A stretch of 63,982 nucleotides of DNA, counting the filler, from Reticulomyxa filosa (Eukaryota > Protista > Foraminifera), in the NCBI GenBank assembly GCA_000512085.1. It is 18 parts of 18 records of this genome, joined end to end, with 100 filler letters (N's around TTAATTAATTAA, not from the genome) between each part and the next. Parts side by side here need not be neighbours in the genome. Positions count along the whole stretch, not along the records: positions 23,922 to 29,770 come from ASPP01005413.1; positions 29,871 to 32,872 come from ASPP01013676.1; positions 32,973 to 34,522 come from ASPP01008767.1; positions 34,623 to 38,715 come from ASPP01003274.1; 14 more parts are not named here. The stretch is one strand, 5' to 3'. The notes under the pieces are model-generated. The model was not told the DNA's origin and made no database searches. It saw nothing but the letters and a program-made list of their open reading frames with translations. The stretch's first letter is position 1. The number at the start of each line of letters is the position of its first letter. Positions 24,677 through 35,019 of the stretch are shown one piece after another. The translations under genes were made by a program, and so were the position numbers.

Positions 24677-27600
24677 ATGTTTCGAAATGAAGGTGAATCA
24701 AACGGAAAAGATGCAGAACAGAAATTACAAAAAGAAGAAGAAAAAGCAGAGATTGGCAAAATTAAACCAGGGATCAATTTGCAAGGCTACTGCACAAATG
24801 GAGATTGTTTGGTATCAAAAGCGAAGCTTCTAGTGTGGGTAAACATTGGATTTTGCGATATTTCGTTTGATTCTAACAAAACCACTTATTATTGTCCAGA
24901 TTGCAGCAAACCGACGGTTACATCAGTTGTAAAGGCAATGTTTTTTAATGTGGAACATTCTATATGTGCAAGTGAGGATTCAATTCCAGTGAAAGATAAT
25001 TATTACCAGTGTATGTATGTGATCAAATCAAATTTATCCTATGAATTAAAAGCCAAAAAAATCAGGCAGCATGCAACAAGCCTGGAAGACTTAATAACAA
25101 GAAGTGAAAATGCAATGACAAGTGTGGAGATTGTAAATCTAGTGGCAGAGTTACAGAAATATTTAATTACGGTGGTAAAACCACCTAAAGTAAAAGATAA
25201 GATGAGATTATTGGAAAAGATTGAATGCGATTATAGAGGAGATTATAATCAAGTATTTGATGTTGGAAGATTCACTATTTTGTGTGATAATGACACCAAA
25301 TTGCAAACAGCAGTGGCAGTGATAAAGAAAGCAGAAAAATTTAATTTGGTTGTATCTGAAGATAAAGATTTTTTTGAAAAGCAATCGAAAACACATCATC
25401 GATTTCACAATATCAAATTGTATGTGCCAAATCACGAGGTTTATATTGAAATGCAAGCGACATTGAAAAATTTTACAACATTAGAAGGATACACGGCTAT
25501 CGAAAACCCCAAATTAAGTCATTTATTTTATGAGCTAATCAGAGCGTGGAAACCAAAGAATTCGGAAGAGGAAGAGTTGAAACAAGCAAGTGATGAAACA
25601 TTAACCAAGATCAATGATATCATTTGTGAGTGGATTGACGATAAGGCAATACAAAAAATGGCAAGTCGATACAAGGGACATTTGGATATTGGAATATTGA
25701 AACCGCCACAGCTATGGAAAAAAACGGAAATTGAAATTGACAATAATCTGTCTTTGAAAATGGCAAAATTTATTTATGAACAACTTTGCAAGTTTACTCC
25801 AGAGAAGGTAAAAGGAAAGGCCACTTATGTGATTTTGTATGAATATTATAAAAATTACATTGTTGGAGATAAGAACCCAGCAAGTTGTGCTGATTTCGCA
25901 TTGTTATTACAAGATTCAAGAAAACAAGAGATGGAAGAAGACATTGCTATATCTCAAGCACTTGAAACATATATCTCATTACAAGCAAATAATTATCCAC
26001 ATGTGGATGGTGACGACAATGAAAAGCAAGAAACATATGATTGCCATCAATATGTTATCGAACGTTTAGAACAAGATGAAAAAAAAAGTGAACAACAAAA
26101 AGGGGTAATGATAATCGAAGGGAAATCAGGATCTGGAAAAAGTATTTTTTGTCGTCATTTGGAAGGAACATTATGGAATAAGTATATGTCTGATTCGAAA
26201 ATGCCCATTCCTTTTTATATTTCTTTCGCAAAAATTTATAACAAACAACATGAAAAAGATATTGTTTTGCAAGCCTTACAAGCTAAAAATATCAGTAAAG
26301 AAATAATTGACGCAATTCGTGAAACAGTATCTTTTGTGTTTATTATGGATGGGTTTGATGAAATTTTTGATTTTTATCGAAAAGATATGAGTAAACCATA
26401 TTTTTGTGATCGTTTTGGTTTGAATCAATGGAATGCAACAGTGATTGTTACTTGTCGAAGCAATGTACTGAGTGAAGAAGACATTAAAAGTTCTTTGATT
26501 GGCATGAATCAAAATGACACCTCGATTGTGTATCTATGGCCATTTACCAAAATGCAAATGTATAGCTATATCGAAAAATTTGCGAAAATAAAATCTAAAA
26601 ACAAAACTGCTAACGAAAATGATTGGACTCCACAACAATACAAAGAAACATTGAATAACTATCCAAATTTACAAAAAATGATAGAAGAACCATTTCTTCT
26701 TCAACTCATTTTAAATGTTTTACCTTTGTTAGTGCAACGATATGGTGTAGAGAGTAGAATTTCAAGAGCACAAATCTATGAAGTATTTAATGATCAGTGG
26801 ATTGATATTCATGTTCAAAACATTATTTCCAAATTATCTGAATTACGAATTCAAATGGACATCAATAAAATTAAAGCAACATTAAAACGATACTGCTTCG
26901 ATTTAGCATTTGATATGTTTCATCAAGGAAGTCAAGTAGCAATTGAGTCAGAATTTCAATATCAAAATTCTAACGAGGCTGTGGGCGTATTAAATTCAAT
27001 GATGGAAAATAAAAGTATTGTGGATGAAAAAATAGAAATAAAACCAATAAGTAGAGTAGTTTCAGTTGCGAAAACAAGAGATGTTTGGGAAAAATACTTC
27101 AATGGTGATAGCGTTGCCAAATATGTATTGAGAAGGACTGGAGACAACAAATACCAATTTTTACATAAATCATGCCAAGAATATTTTGCTGCACAAAAAA
27201 TTGTGCTTGATATCATTTCATGGAAACCTGATGCTAATTTTGATCTTAATAACCAAGAATTTCAGCAACAATTCGAAGCACATGTTCCTAATTTGGCTAT
27301 TAACATCAAATTACTAAATGAAGAGTTGGGCATTATCAAGTTTATTTGTGAACGAGTTCATGACACAAATCCGATATTTGCAAATTTAAAGTCGAGGTTA
27401 TTCCGAATCATTGAAATTTCAGCGATAAATGCCAAAATCAGTATTGCAGCCGCAAATGCAATTACGATACTCAATTCAGCTTGTATTAACATGCACTATC
27501 GGGATTGGTGCAACATAAAAATCCCTCATGCGATCCTCGATGCTGCATTCCTGGAAGGAACAAATTTCCAAAATGCAAACTTAGATCAAGTTAGTTTTTA

Positions 27601-29680
27601 TCAAGCTTTTTTGAACAAAGCAGACTTTACAAATGCATCCATGAACGGAGTTTATTTTGGCGAATATGCTTGTTTGGAAGGACATGCGGATGCTGTAACC
27701 GACGTGAAATTTGCACCAGATGGCTCTAAAATTGTGTCTCGATCATGGGATAGAACCATTCGGTTGTGGGATGTATCATCTGGCACCCAAATTCAATCAT
27801 TGCAAGTAGACAGTGATGTACTTGGTGTACAATTTTCACCTGATGGCTCTAAAATCGTGTCTTGTGCAAAAGATAAAATAATTCGAATATGGGATTTGTC
27901 TTCAAGTCAAGAAATTCAGTTATTTCAAGGCCATTTACATGATATAACCGGAGTACAATTTTCGTCGGATGGTTTGAAAATTGTGTCATGCTCACGAGAT
28001 AAAACGATTAGGTTGTGGGATGTAGCATCTGGAAAGCAATTGCAATTGTTGGAAGGACATTCAGATGGTGTGAGCGGGATACAGTTTTCACGAGATTGTT
28101 CCAAAGTTGTGTCGTGTTCATTAGACAAAACAATTCGAATATGGGATTTGTCGACAATGCGACAGATCCGATTGTTAGAAGGACACTCAGACTCTATCAA
28201 CGCAGTAAAATTATCAGCAACTGGCTCTAAGATTGTATCCTGTTCAGATGATACGACTGTCCGTATTTGGGATTTCTTATCTGGAAAACAATTGCAAGTC
28301 TTGGAGGGACATACAAAATGTGTGAATGCAGCAGAGTTTTCACCAGACAGTTTTAGGATTGTATCTTGTGCCGATGACAGGACAATCCGAATATGGGATG
28401 CATTGTCTGGAAAACAGCTGCAATTATTAGAGGGCCACTTAGGTGGTATAACTGGAGTGCAATTTTTCCCAAATGACTCCAAAATATTGTCATGCTCCTG
28501 GGATAAGACAATTCGAGTATGGGATGTATCATTAACACGTAAAATTCAGTCAATAAAAGGGCATTCCAGTAGTGTATATGAAGTTCAATTTTCACCAGAT
28601 GGCTCAAAAATTGTGTCATGTTCAAGTGATAAAACAGTTCGAATATGGGAAGCTTCATCTGGAAAGCAAATACAAATATTTGAAGGACATTTGAAACGTG
28701 TACACGCAGTAGGATTTTCACCAGATATGTTAAACATTGTATCCTGTTCAGATGACAGAACAATTCGAATTTGGAATGTAATGTCTGGCAAGCAACTTCA
28801 ATTGTTAGAGGGGCATATTGATGACATTGTTGGAGTACAATTTTCTCCAGATGGTTCTAAATTGATGTCATACTCTTTGGACACTACCATACGCATATGG
28901 GATGTGTTATCTGGTCAATTAATCCAATTATTGGGTGGACATTCACGTGCTGTAACTGGAGCACAATTTTCGTCTGATGGTTCTAAAATTGTATCATGTT
29001 CAGGTGACAGAACAATTCGAATATGGGACTTGTCTTTAGGAAAACAAATCCAATTGTTGAAAGGACATTCATTTGGCGTTAGTGGAGTGCAATTTGTACC
29101 GAACGGTTCTAAAGTTATATCGTATTCATGGGACAAAACTATCCGAATATGGGACGCATCGTCTGGACAACAAATTCAATCACTGGAAGGTCATTTACTG
29201 TCTATTAACATAGCATTATTGTCAGCAGACGGATCAAAAATTGTGTCGGGTTCAGATGACAAAACTATTCGAATATGGGATGCGTCAACTGGAAAACAGC
29301 TTCAATTATTAGATGGACACTCTGACGGCGTCACTGTTGTACAATTTTCGCCTGATTGTTCCAAGCTTATTTCATATTCACGAGACAAAACTATTCGAAT
29401 GTGGGATCTATCTTCAGGACAAGAAATTCAATCGTTGGAAGGACACGTCGGTTCTGTATCCGGAATGCAATTTTCTCCAGACGGGTCTATGTTTGTGTCG
29501 TGTTCATATGATCGAACAATTCGGTTGTGGGGCAATGACGACAGTGGTTTAATGAAATGCATTTGGCAAGCAGGAGTCCAAAGTTATGGATTATCTATGA
29601 AAGACAGTGTTTGGAAGAACGCAACCGGGCTGACGCCTCAACAAAAAATGCTTGTGGGGCAACGTGGTGGAAAATTTTGA
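24677..29680 (+). CDS. NLR-like STAND protein: Cys-rich Zn-ribbon + RelA/SpoT-like nucleotidyltransferase + NACHT + pentapeptide repeat + 15 WD40
   Basis: Intronless ORF (first ATG 24677). GINLQGYCTNGDC..CPDC; KVKDKMRLLEK..DYRGD..VFDVGRFTI..HRFHNI..IEMQ..SHLFYE; Walker A GKSGSGKS (26120-26143); Walker B FIMDGFDE; VIVTCR; EPFLL; YQFLHKSCQEYF; A(D/N)F pentapeptides; 15 TIRxW repeats. Confidence 0.92.
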   Translation: MFRNEGESNGKDAEQKLQKEEEKAEIGKIKPGINLQGYCTNGDCLVSKAKLLVWVNIGFCDISFDSNKTTYYCPDCSKPTVTSVVKAMFFNVEHSICASEDSIPVKDNYYQCMYVIKSNLSYELKAKKIRQHATSLEDLITRSENAMTSVEIVNLVAELQKYLITVVKPPKVKDKMRLLEKIECDYRGDYNQVFDVGRFTILCDNDTKLQTAVAVIKKAEKFNLVVSEDKDFFEKQSKTHHRFHNIKLYVPNHEVYIEMQATLKNFTTLEGYTAIENPKLSHLFYELIRAWKPKNSEEEELKQASDETLTKINDIICEWIDDKAIQKMASRYKGHLDIGILKPPQLWKKTEIEIDNNLSLKMAKFIYEQLCKFTPEKVKGKATYVILYEYYKNYIVGDKNPASCADFALLLQDSRKQEMEEDIAISQALETYISLQANNYPHVDGDDNEKQETYDCHQYVIERLEQDEKKSEQQKGVMIIEGKSGSGKSIFCRHLEGTLWNKYMSDSKMPIPFYISFAKIYNKQHEKDIVLQALQAKNISKEIIDAIRETVSFVFIMDGFDEIFDFYRKDMSKPYFCDRFGLNQWNATVIVTCRSNVLSEEDIKSSLIGMNQNDTSIVYLWPFTKMQMYSYIEKFAKIKSKNKTANENDWTPQQYKETLNNYPNLQKMIEEPFLLQLILNVLPLLVQRYGVESRISRAQIYEVFNDQWIDIHVQNIISKLSELRIQMDINKIKATLKRYCFDLAFDMFHQGSQVAIESEFQYQNSNEAVGVLNSMMENKSIVDEKIEIKPISRVVSVAKTRDVWEKYFNGDSVAKYVLRRTGDNKYQFLHKSCQEYFAAQKIVLDIISWKPDANFDLNNQEFQQQFEAHVPNLAINIKLLNEELGIIKFICERVHDTNPIFANLKSRLFRIIEISAINAKISIAAANAITILNSACINMHYRDWCNIKIPHAILDAAFLEGTNFQNANLDQVSFYQAFLNKADFTNASMNGVYFGEYACLEGHADAVTDVKFAPDGSKIVSRSWDRTIRLWDVSSGTQIQSLQVDSDVLGVQFSPDGSKIVSCAKDKIIRIWDLSSSQEIQLFQGHLHDITGVQFSSDGLKIVSCSRDKTIRLWDVASGKQLQLLEGHSDGVSGIQFSRDCSKVVSCSLDKTIRIWDLSTMRQIRLLEGHSDSINAVKLSATGSKIVSCSDDTTVRIWDFLSGKQLQVLEGHTKCVNAAEFSPDSFRIVSCADDRTIRIWDALSGKQLQLLEGHLGGITGVQFFPNDSKILSCSWDKTIRVWDVSLTRKIQSIKGHSSSVYEVQFSPDGSKIVSCSSDKTVRIWEASSGKQIQIFEGHLKRVHAVGFSPDMLNIVSCSDDRTIRIWNVMSGKQLQLLEGHIDDIVGVQFSPDGSKLMSYSLDTTIRIWDVLSGQLIQLLGGHSRAVTGAQFSSDGSKIVSCSGDRTIRIWDLSLGKQIQLLKGHSFGVSGVQFVPNGSKVISYSWDKTIRIWDASSGQQIQSLEGHLLSINIALLSADGSKIVSGSDDKTIRIWDASTGKQLQLLDGHSDGVTVVQFSPDCSKLISYSRDKTIRMWDLSSGQEIQSLEGHVGSVSGMQFSPDGSMFVSCSYDRTIRLWGNDDSGLMKCIWQAGVQSYGLSMKDSVWKNATGLTPQQKMLVGQRGGKF

Positions 29681-29730
29681 TGTTTCCTTAGATCATATGA
29701 TTATTTTTTTGATTGGTGGTTGTTGTTGTA

Positions 29731-29770
29731 CAGTAAATTGCAAAAAACCGCAATATCTAAATGGCACTAT
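29731..29770 (+). mobile_element. Terminus of a TA-flanked CAGT-ended DNA transposon/MITE (family B)
   Basis: TA|CAGTAAATTGCAAAAAACCGCAATATCTAAATGGCA runs into the contig end and matches the reverse complement of 16153-16190. Confidence 0.6.
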
Positions 29771-29896
29771 NNNNNNNNNNNNNNNNNNNNNNNNNNNNNN
29801 NNNNNNNNNNNNNNTTAATTAATTAANNNNNNNNNNNNNNNNNNNNNNNNNNNNNNNNNNNNNNNNNNNNACTTATTTACTTATTTATTTATTTAT

Positions 29897-32005
29897 TTAT
29901 ATAAATGTAATTATTAAATATATAAACACACCGACGGGGTGCACTGATTTGGGTGAAATGTATTTTTGCTTTTCCAAAAGCAATTGAATAAGGCTTTCAT
30001 CAACAAGCTGAATGTAGCCATATATCTTTGTGGAGGGGTACTTTTGATAGAGTGTTTCCTGCTTGAACATGTAAGGATTGCTGTCTAAAATGGCCTGCAG
30101 CATATGGCCTCCTATCTTAATACACGATCGAAGGTCCCATTTATCCCCCATTTTCAGTCCCAATTTTCGACAGAGTTGGATACGTTCCATTGCATCCAAA
30201 TACTTTGACTTTTTATTTTTTCTGTATGCGTACGGGGTGGGCCGATTGTATTTTTTCAATTGGCCTTTCAATGTGTTTGTTAATATTACTGTTTTATGTT
30301 CTCCGTGTTCACTTTTATTTTCATTGTTATTATCATTTTCATCATCATTATCATCGCTATTGTCATTGTCATTGTTATTATCATTATTATCATTATTATC
30401 ATTATTATCATCATTGCTATCGTTGTCAATGAAACGTGATTCTATTACACGTCGAGTCATTTCCATATCACTTTGTCGTTGCAAAAACATGTCTTGCTCC
30501 AAAGCGGCACCAATTTCCGTCATGACTCGGTTGGAAAAGACGACAAACTGATTGGGAAGACTCTTTGTTGTCTTGTCTTTTTTTCTGGTTCTTTTTTTCT
30601 TTTGACTGTTGTCATTATTGCTATCAGCTTGGTTATCCATAGACTCGTCATTATCAATAGCATTATTATCAATAGCATCATTATCAATAGCATCATTATC
30701 AATAGTATCATCATCATCGTCGTCGTTGTCGTTGTCGTCCTTATTTGTAGCAAGAGCTACACTGCTAACATTCTGCAAGAGTTGTTGAGCATTGCTTCTG
30801 GGTTCGCCAAGACACATGCGATCCAACAGGGCGTGCACAGCAATATAGCTGACACGTTTGACATTCAAAGTGCAAAGTATCTTTTCGTCCAAAGTCAGAC
30901 GTCTGGCGCTTTTTTTTTGGTTGATTTTGAGCAGCAGATCGTTTTGGATGCGTTCGGTGAGATGCAATTCGAGCTTCTTCACCATCTCTTCGATGCGGAG
31001 CTCCAACAATGGATTCAGTTTCGCAGCGATTCCTTCGATACGATGCTTGCCTTCCAATTTCTCCAATTGATACATTTCCTTTGTCTTTTCTTCAAACTTG
31101 CCTCTTCTTTTCCATTGACTACTCATTTGTTCTCGTTTCATTCGGCTCAAAACTTTCGAGATTTGTTGCGCCTCTTCTTGCGCTTCTTGCACGCTAGTTT
31201 TCTCCATTTTGATTTGCTGCGCAATCTGCTTGTAGTCAATGCGGAGATGCGCGTTGTCCAACGCGTACTGCAGTATCTTCGAATGCAATATCTCGTCAAA
31301 CATATTCAAGTGATGTCTCAATGATATGTAATTCTCTATCTCACTCACAATTCGCTTTATTGTTGTCTCTTGTGTTTGCATCTGCTTATTCTCTTGCTCA
31401 CGACGATAATGCTTCCAAAATATCTCGCTCACTTCCTTCCACTCCTCTTCCGAGGCGGGTGGAGGCTTCACCTTTGCTTCCACTTCCAAATACACATTCT
31501 CTGGGTATGGTGGGAAATACGGAAGTTCAAACTTCCGCTTTTCCTTCATCATTACTCCTCCTCCTTCTTCTTCTTCCTTTTGCTCTTTTTCTTTATTTTT
31601 ATGCTTTCTTTGTTTTTCCATTCCCTTTTTCTCTTTTGATGAATCCAACGAAGAAGGGAACAATAAGGGGTCATTTGTTGTCAACACGGATATTTCGGGA
31701 AGTTCGAAATTTCCGGAAATTCTTGTCTTTGCGAACCCTCTACTAAACCTTAGCCAAAACGGGTATTTCACTCCAGTCATGCGAAGGTCGAGGGAAGAAA
31801 AAAAAAAAGTATTACATATGAAATACATTCACAAAAACAAAACAAAAAAACATATTTATTTCCAATTTTGTTTTTAATTTAGTCTTCTAAACTGCTGTTT
31901 TTTCGTGCTAACCGAATTCATTTTTAAAGGCCAGCATTTGGATACTGAACTGGGCATGTAAAAAGCCTGGAAGCCATTTTTCTTTCGCAATTGAACTGCC
32001 CACAT
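29897..32005 (-). CDS. Probable mitochondrial single-subunit (T7-like) RNA polymerase, N-terminal half (3' truncated)
   Basis: EIGAALEQD; KWDLRSCIKIGGHML; FKQE...KIYGYIQL; ISPKSVHP, matching the Rpo41/POLRMT N-terminal domain just before the PM..PP motif. Basic first exon from ATG 32005. Catalytic motifs lie outside the contig. Confidence 0.55.
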
Positions 32006-32316
32006 CCAAAGTGAAAGACTCACTTAGTTGCTTTTTTTTTTATAAAATAAAATAAAATTTCCTCTCAACTAAAAAAAAAATATGCTCAGACGGACCCTTC
32101 TTCTTTTCTTTCCATGATAAAAACAAGATGTTCTGTAATTGACAATAAAGGAAAAAGAAATATCGAAGAAATGGATTATTAATCAAATTAAACGTCTTTT
32201 TTCTCCTCCCAAATTCGTAAAAAAAAGATGGCACACTCCAAATGAAAAAAAACAAGTGTTCGAACATGTGCAAAAGTTATGAATACGGCCAGGATTGGAT
32301 AGCAGGACAGACTAGA

Positions 32317-32872
32317 CTATTCCTTCGCCTTTTTATTGCCCCCCCATTGGAGACGTCCATTGATCGCTTTCATGAAGCCATAGTCTCTGCCTTCAATATG
32401 CATAATACCACTTTTTAATTCTACAATCCACTCTTTTTGAAATCTGTTCACTTTGGTGAATTGGCAGTAAATCTTATTTTCAAAGTTGATGTCTTCCTCA
32501 TAGGCACTGTCGTCATCGTCAGAATTCAGAGGTGTGTGCAATTCGCTGTTGTTTGTCAATTCGTTGTGTTTTTTGGTATCATCTAATACTTTGCCTTTGT
32601 CCTCCAGAATTTCCATTTTTGCTTTGCCATCTTGCTGTTCCTCGTCGTTCTCTTCCGCTTCTTCGCTCTCGAAGCCCAGCTAATTTGTATTTAACCACAC
32701 AACACAAAAACAACATTTTGTTATCGAACACGAGAGGATGTGAGTATGAGTATGGATATGGGTATGAGTATAATGTAGAATTGTGCTTTTGCTAAACCCA
32801 ATTCGGTAGCATGGGTCCATCGAGTTGAATAATTTCAATTTGAGTTTGAGTTTGAGTTTGAGTTTGAGTTTG
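32317..32872 (-). CDS. GTF2A1: TFIIA large (alpha/beta) subunit, C-terminal part (5' truncated)
   Basis: LNSDDDD acidic region followed by NKIYCQFTKVNR..KEW.VELKSGIMHIEGRDYGFMKA.GRLQW. Upstream exon reads (QT)n-EIIQLDGP. Confidence 0.85.
32839..32872. repeat. (TTTGAG)n hexanucleotide microsatellite encoding Gln-Thr repeats in TFIIA
   Basis: Perfect tandem repeat running into the gap. Confidence 0.85.
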
Positions 32873-32976
32873 NNNNNNNNNNNNNNNNNNNNNNNNNNNN
32901 NNNNNNNNNNNNNNNNTTAATTAATTAANNNNNNNNNNNNNNNNNNNNNNNNNNNNNNNNNNNNNNNNNNNNAAAA

Positions 32977-33018
<42 letters not shown>

Positions 33019-33037
33019 GTATATAACAAAACAACAG

Positions 33038-34359
33038 GTCCTTGGTATTTCGAAGTCAATATGTTCAACTCGCGGCCAGTGAATTATCATTTCAACAGTT
33101 TGCAAGCCTTTTGGCCCTCGGTGCAAATAATGATAGGAGACATCCCTCTGGCATTGTCCACCATTGACGCGTTTTACTTCAATATCTGGAAGCCATTTCG
33201 CGGTTTGCCAGAGAGGTTTTTGTTGAATTCGTTCCAGCTGCATTCGTCCGAGAGACACTATCCCTTGCGTCCGGAACTGATTGAGTCTGTGTATTACGCG
33301 TACAAAGCGGCCAAAGACTTGCACCGTCGAGACAGATACTTGTGGATGGGCTATCAAATGTTGCAAGACATTGACCAACGGGCAAGGACCCGATATGGTC
33401 ATACTACCCTCAATGATGTGGTCACCGGAGAGTCGGGAGATCACATGCCCAGTTATTTTTTGGCAGAAACATGCAAGTATGTTATCAAATTACGATTATT
33501 ATTTTTATTATTTTTTTTATTATTTTTTTTTTTTTGCAATTGTTAAAAAAAAAAAAATAAAATAAAAAAATGAAGAGTTTGTTTGTATTGTGTTAATGGA
33601 TCTTGTCTCAGGTATTTGCTACTGTTGTTTGATGAAAAGCATCCGTTGCACGCGTTAGAACATGAACTGATATTTAGTACGGAAGGCCACATCATGCCAA
33701 TCTATTCCGACATGCAGCAATACATTACCGATGTTGTTTCCAACTCTCACATGTTATCGCAACTGGACAACGAACCATTGTCCGTGCCATTCTTCAATAC
33801 TACTTCGGTGGACTATATCTATCACTGGTACTATCTCTATGACAAACAGTCCTCTGGCGATAGTCATCCTAGTCAATTCGACTCGTCCGCCGTCGAACAA
33901 TTGGTCAATTTTCATTTGAATAGCATTCAAAATGAACTAAGTAAAAACCAACCTGTCCACGGCCCGTCTCAACAACCTAGTTCGAATTTCAATTCCGACT
34001 CCTTTGTCATTCACAATCTCGATGGCAATAACGCCGTCGAAATGCAGTCCATTTTCTTATTTGAACCCGCCGATCAAGCTATGTGCATTGCACGTCCGTT
34101 CCGATTTCACAAATGGATATATGCATCCACTTTGCAAGATAGATATCGTTACAGTGGGGCGCACTCGGAAAACGACAACAGCGACAAGAAGGAGAAAAAG
34201 GAAAGCAATTTCGATGAAGAACTCGAAGACAGCAAAATTTGGAATTTTTGGGAGTGGCTCAAAAGTATGTTTGGAATGGATATCTCCCAAGATGGCACCT
34301 TAGCACGATGTCATATCTTGGAGGTGATGATACCATTTTTCAAAGGACAAAAAGGGTGA
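33038..34359 (+). CDS. EDEM-like glycoside hydrolase family 47 alpha-mannosidase (partial)
   Basis: PWYFEVNM; SLQAFWP; GLPERF; YPLRPELIES; DHMPSYFLAETCK|YLLLLFD; IFSTEGH. Confidence 0.88.
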
Positions 34360-34622
34360 GCCCCCTCCACGGGAAAGGAAAGGAAGGGAAAGGAGGGACA
34401 TGACAAGTGAATACACAATTTTTTTTTTTTTTTTAAAAAAAAAAAACAACCGAGGTTCGATCTTGAGAGACACATTAAAGTTGATGAATGTGAATAACAA
34501 AAAAAAAAAAAAAAAAAAAATTNNNNNNNNNNNNNNNNNNNNNNNNNNNNNNNNNNNNNNNNNNNNTTAATTAATTAANNNNNNNNNNNNNNNNNNNNNN
34601 NNNNNNNNNNNNNNNNNNNNNN

Positions 34623-34653
<31 letters not shown>

Positions 34654-34968
34654 CAACTGCCGGCGGCACAGCGCAAAATCGCAATCCACGAGGATGAATG
34701 GGCAGTGATGGACTCCCCTACGGATTACAACAACATCACATCAGTGAACGAACCCTTTGCGAAAGAATTATTGGTTAGTTTTGCAGAGTTTTTGCAAATC
34801 GAAAAGTTTAAAAAGACGCAAATGGTAGCATTTATGGAAATGTTTGATTCGCAAGACTACATTGATCCAAAGCCATTCTTTGACACGTTGGAATGGGATA
34901 TCGTGCAAAACAAAGAAGAAAAAGAGCAATTACAAGATAGAAAAAAAGATAGTAATAATAATAATAAC

Positions 34969-35019
<51 letters not shown>

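Noticed and set aside
27925-29136. Antisense ORFs with repeated CPSN/SHIRIVLS motifs (also 21965-22660)
   Set aside because: They are shadow frames of the WD40 repeats on the opposite strand.
30078-31746. Plus-strand ORFs rich in Ser/Leu/Ile/His/Tyr runs (likewise 34832-35107, 35865-36175, 36516-36945)
   Set aside because: They are alternate-frame readings of trinucleotide low-complexity coding sequence.
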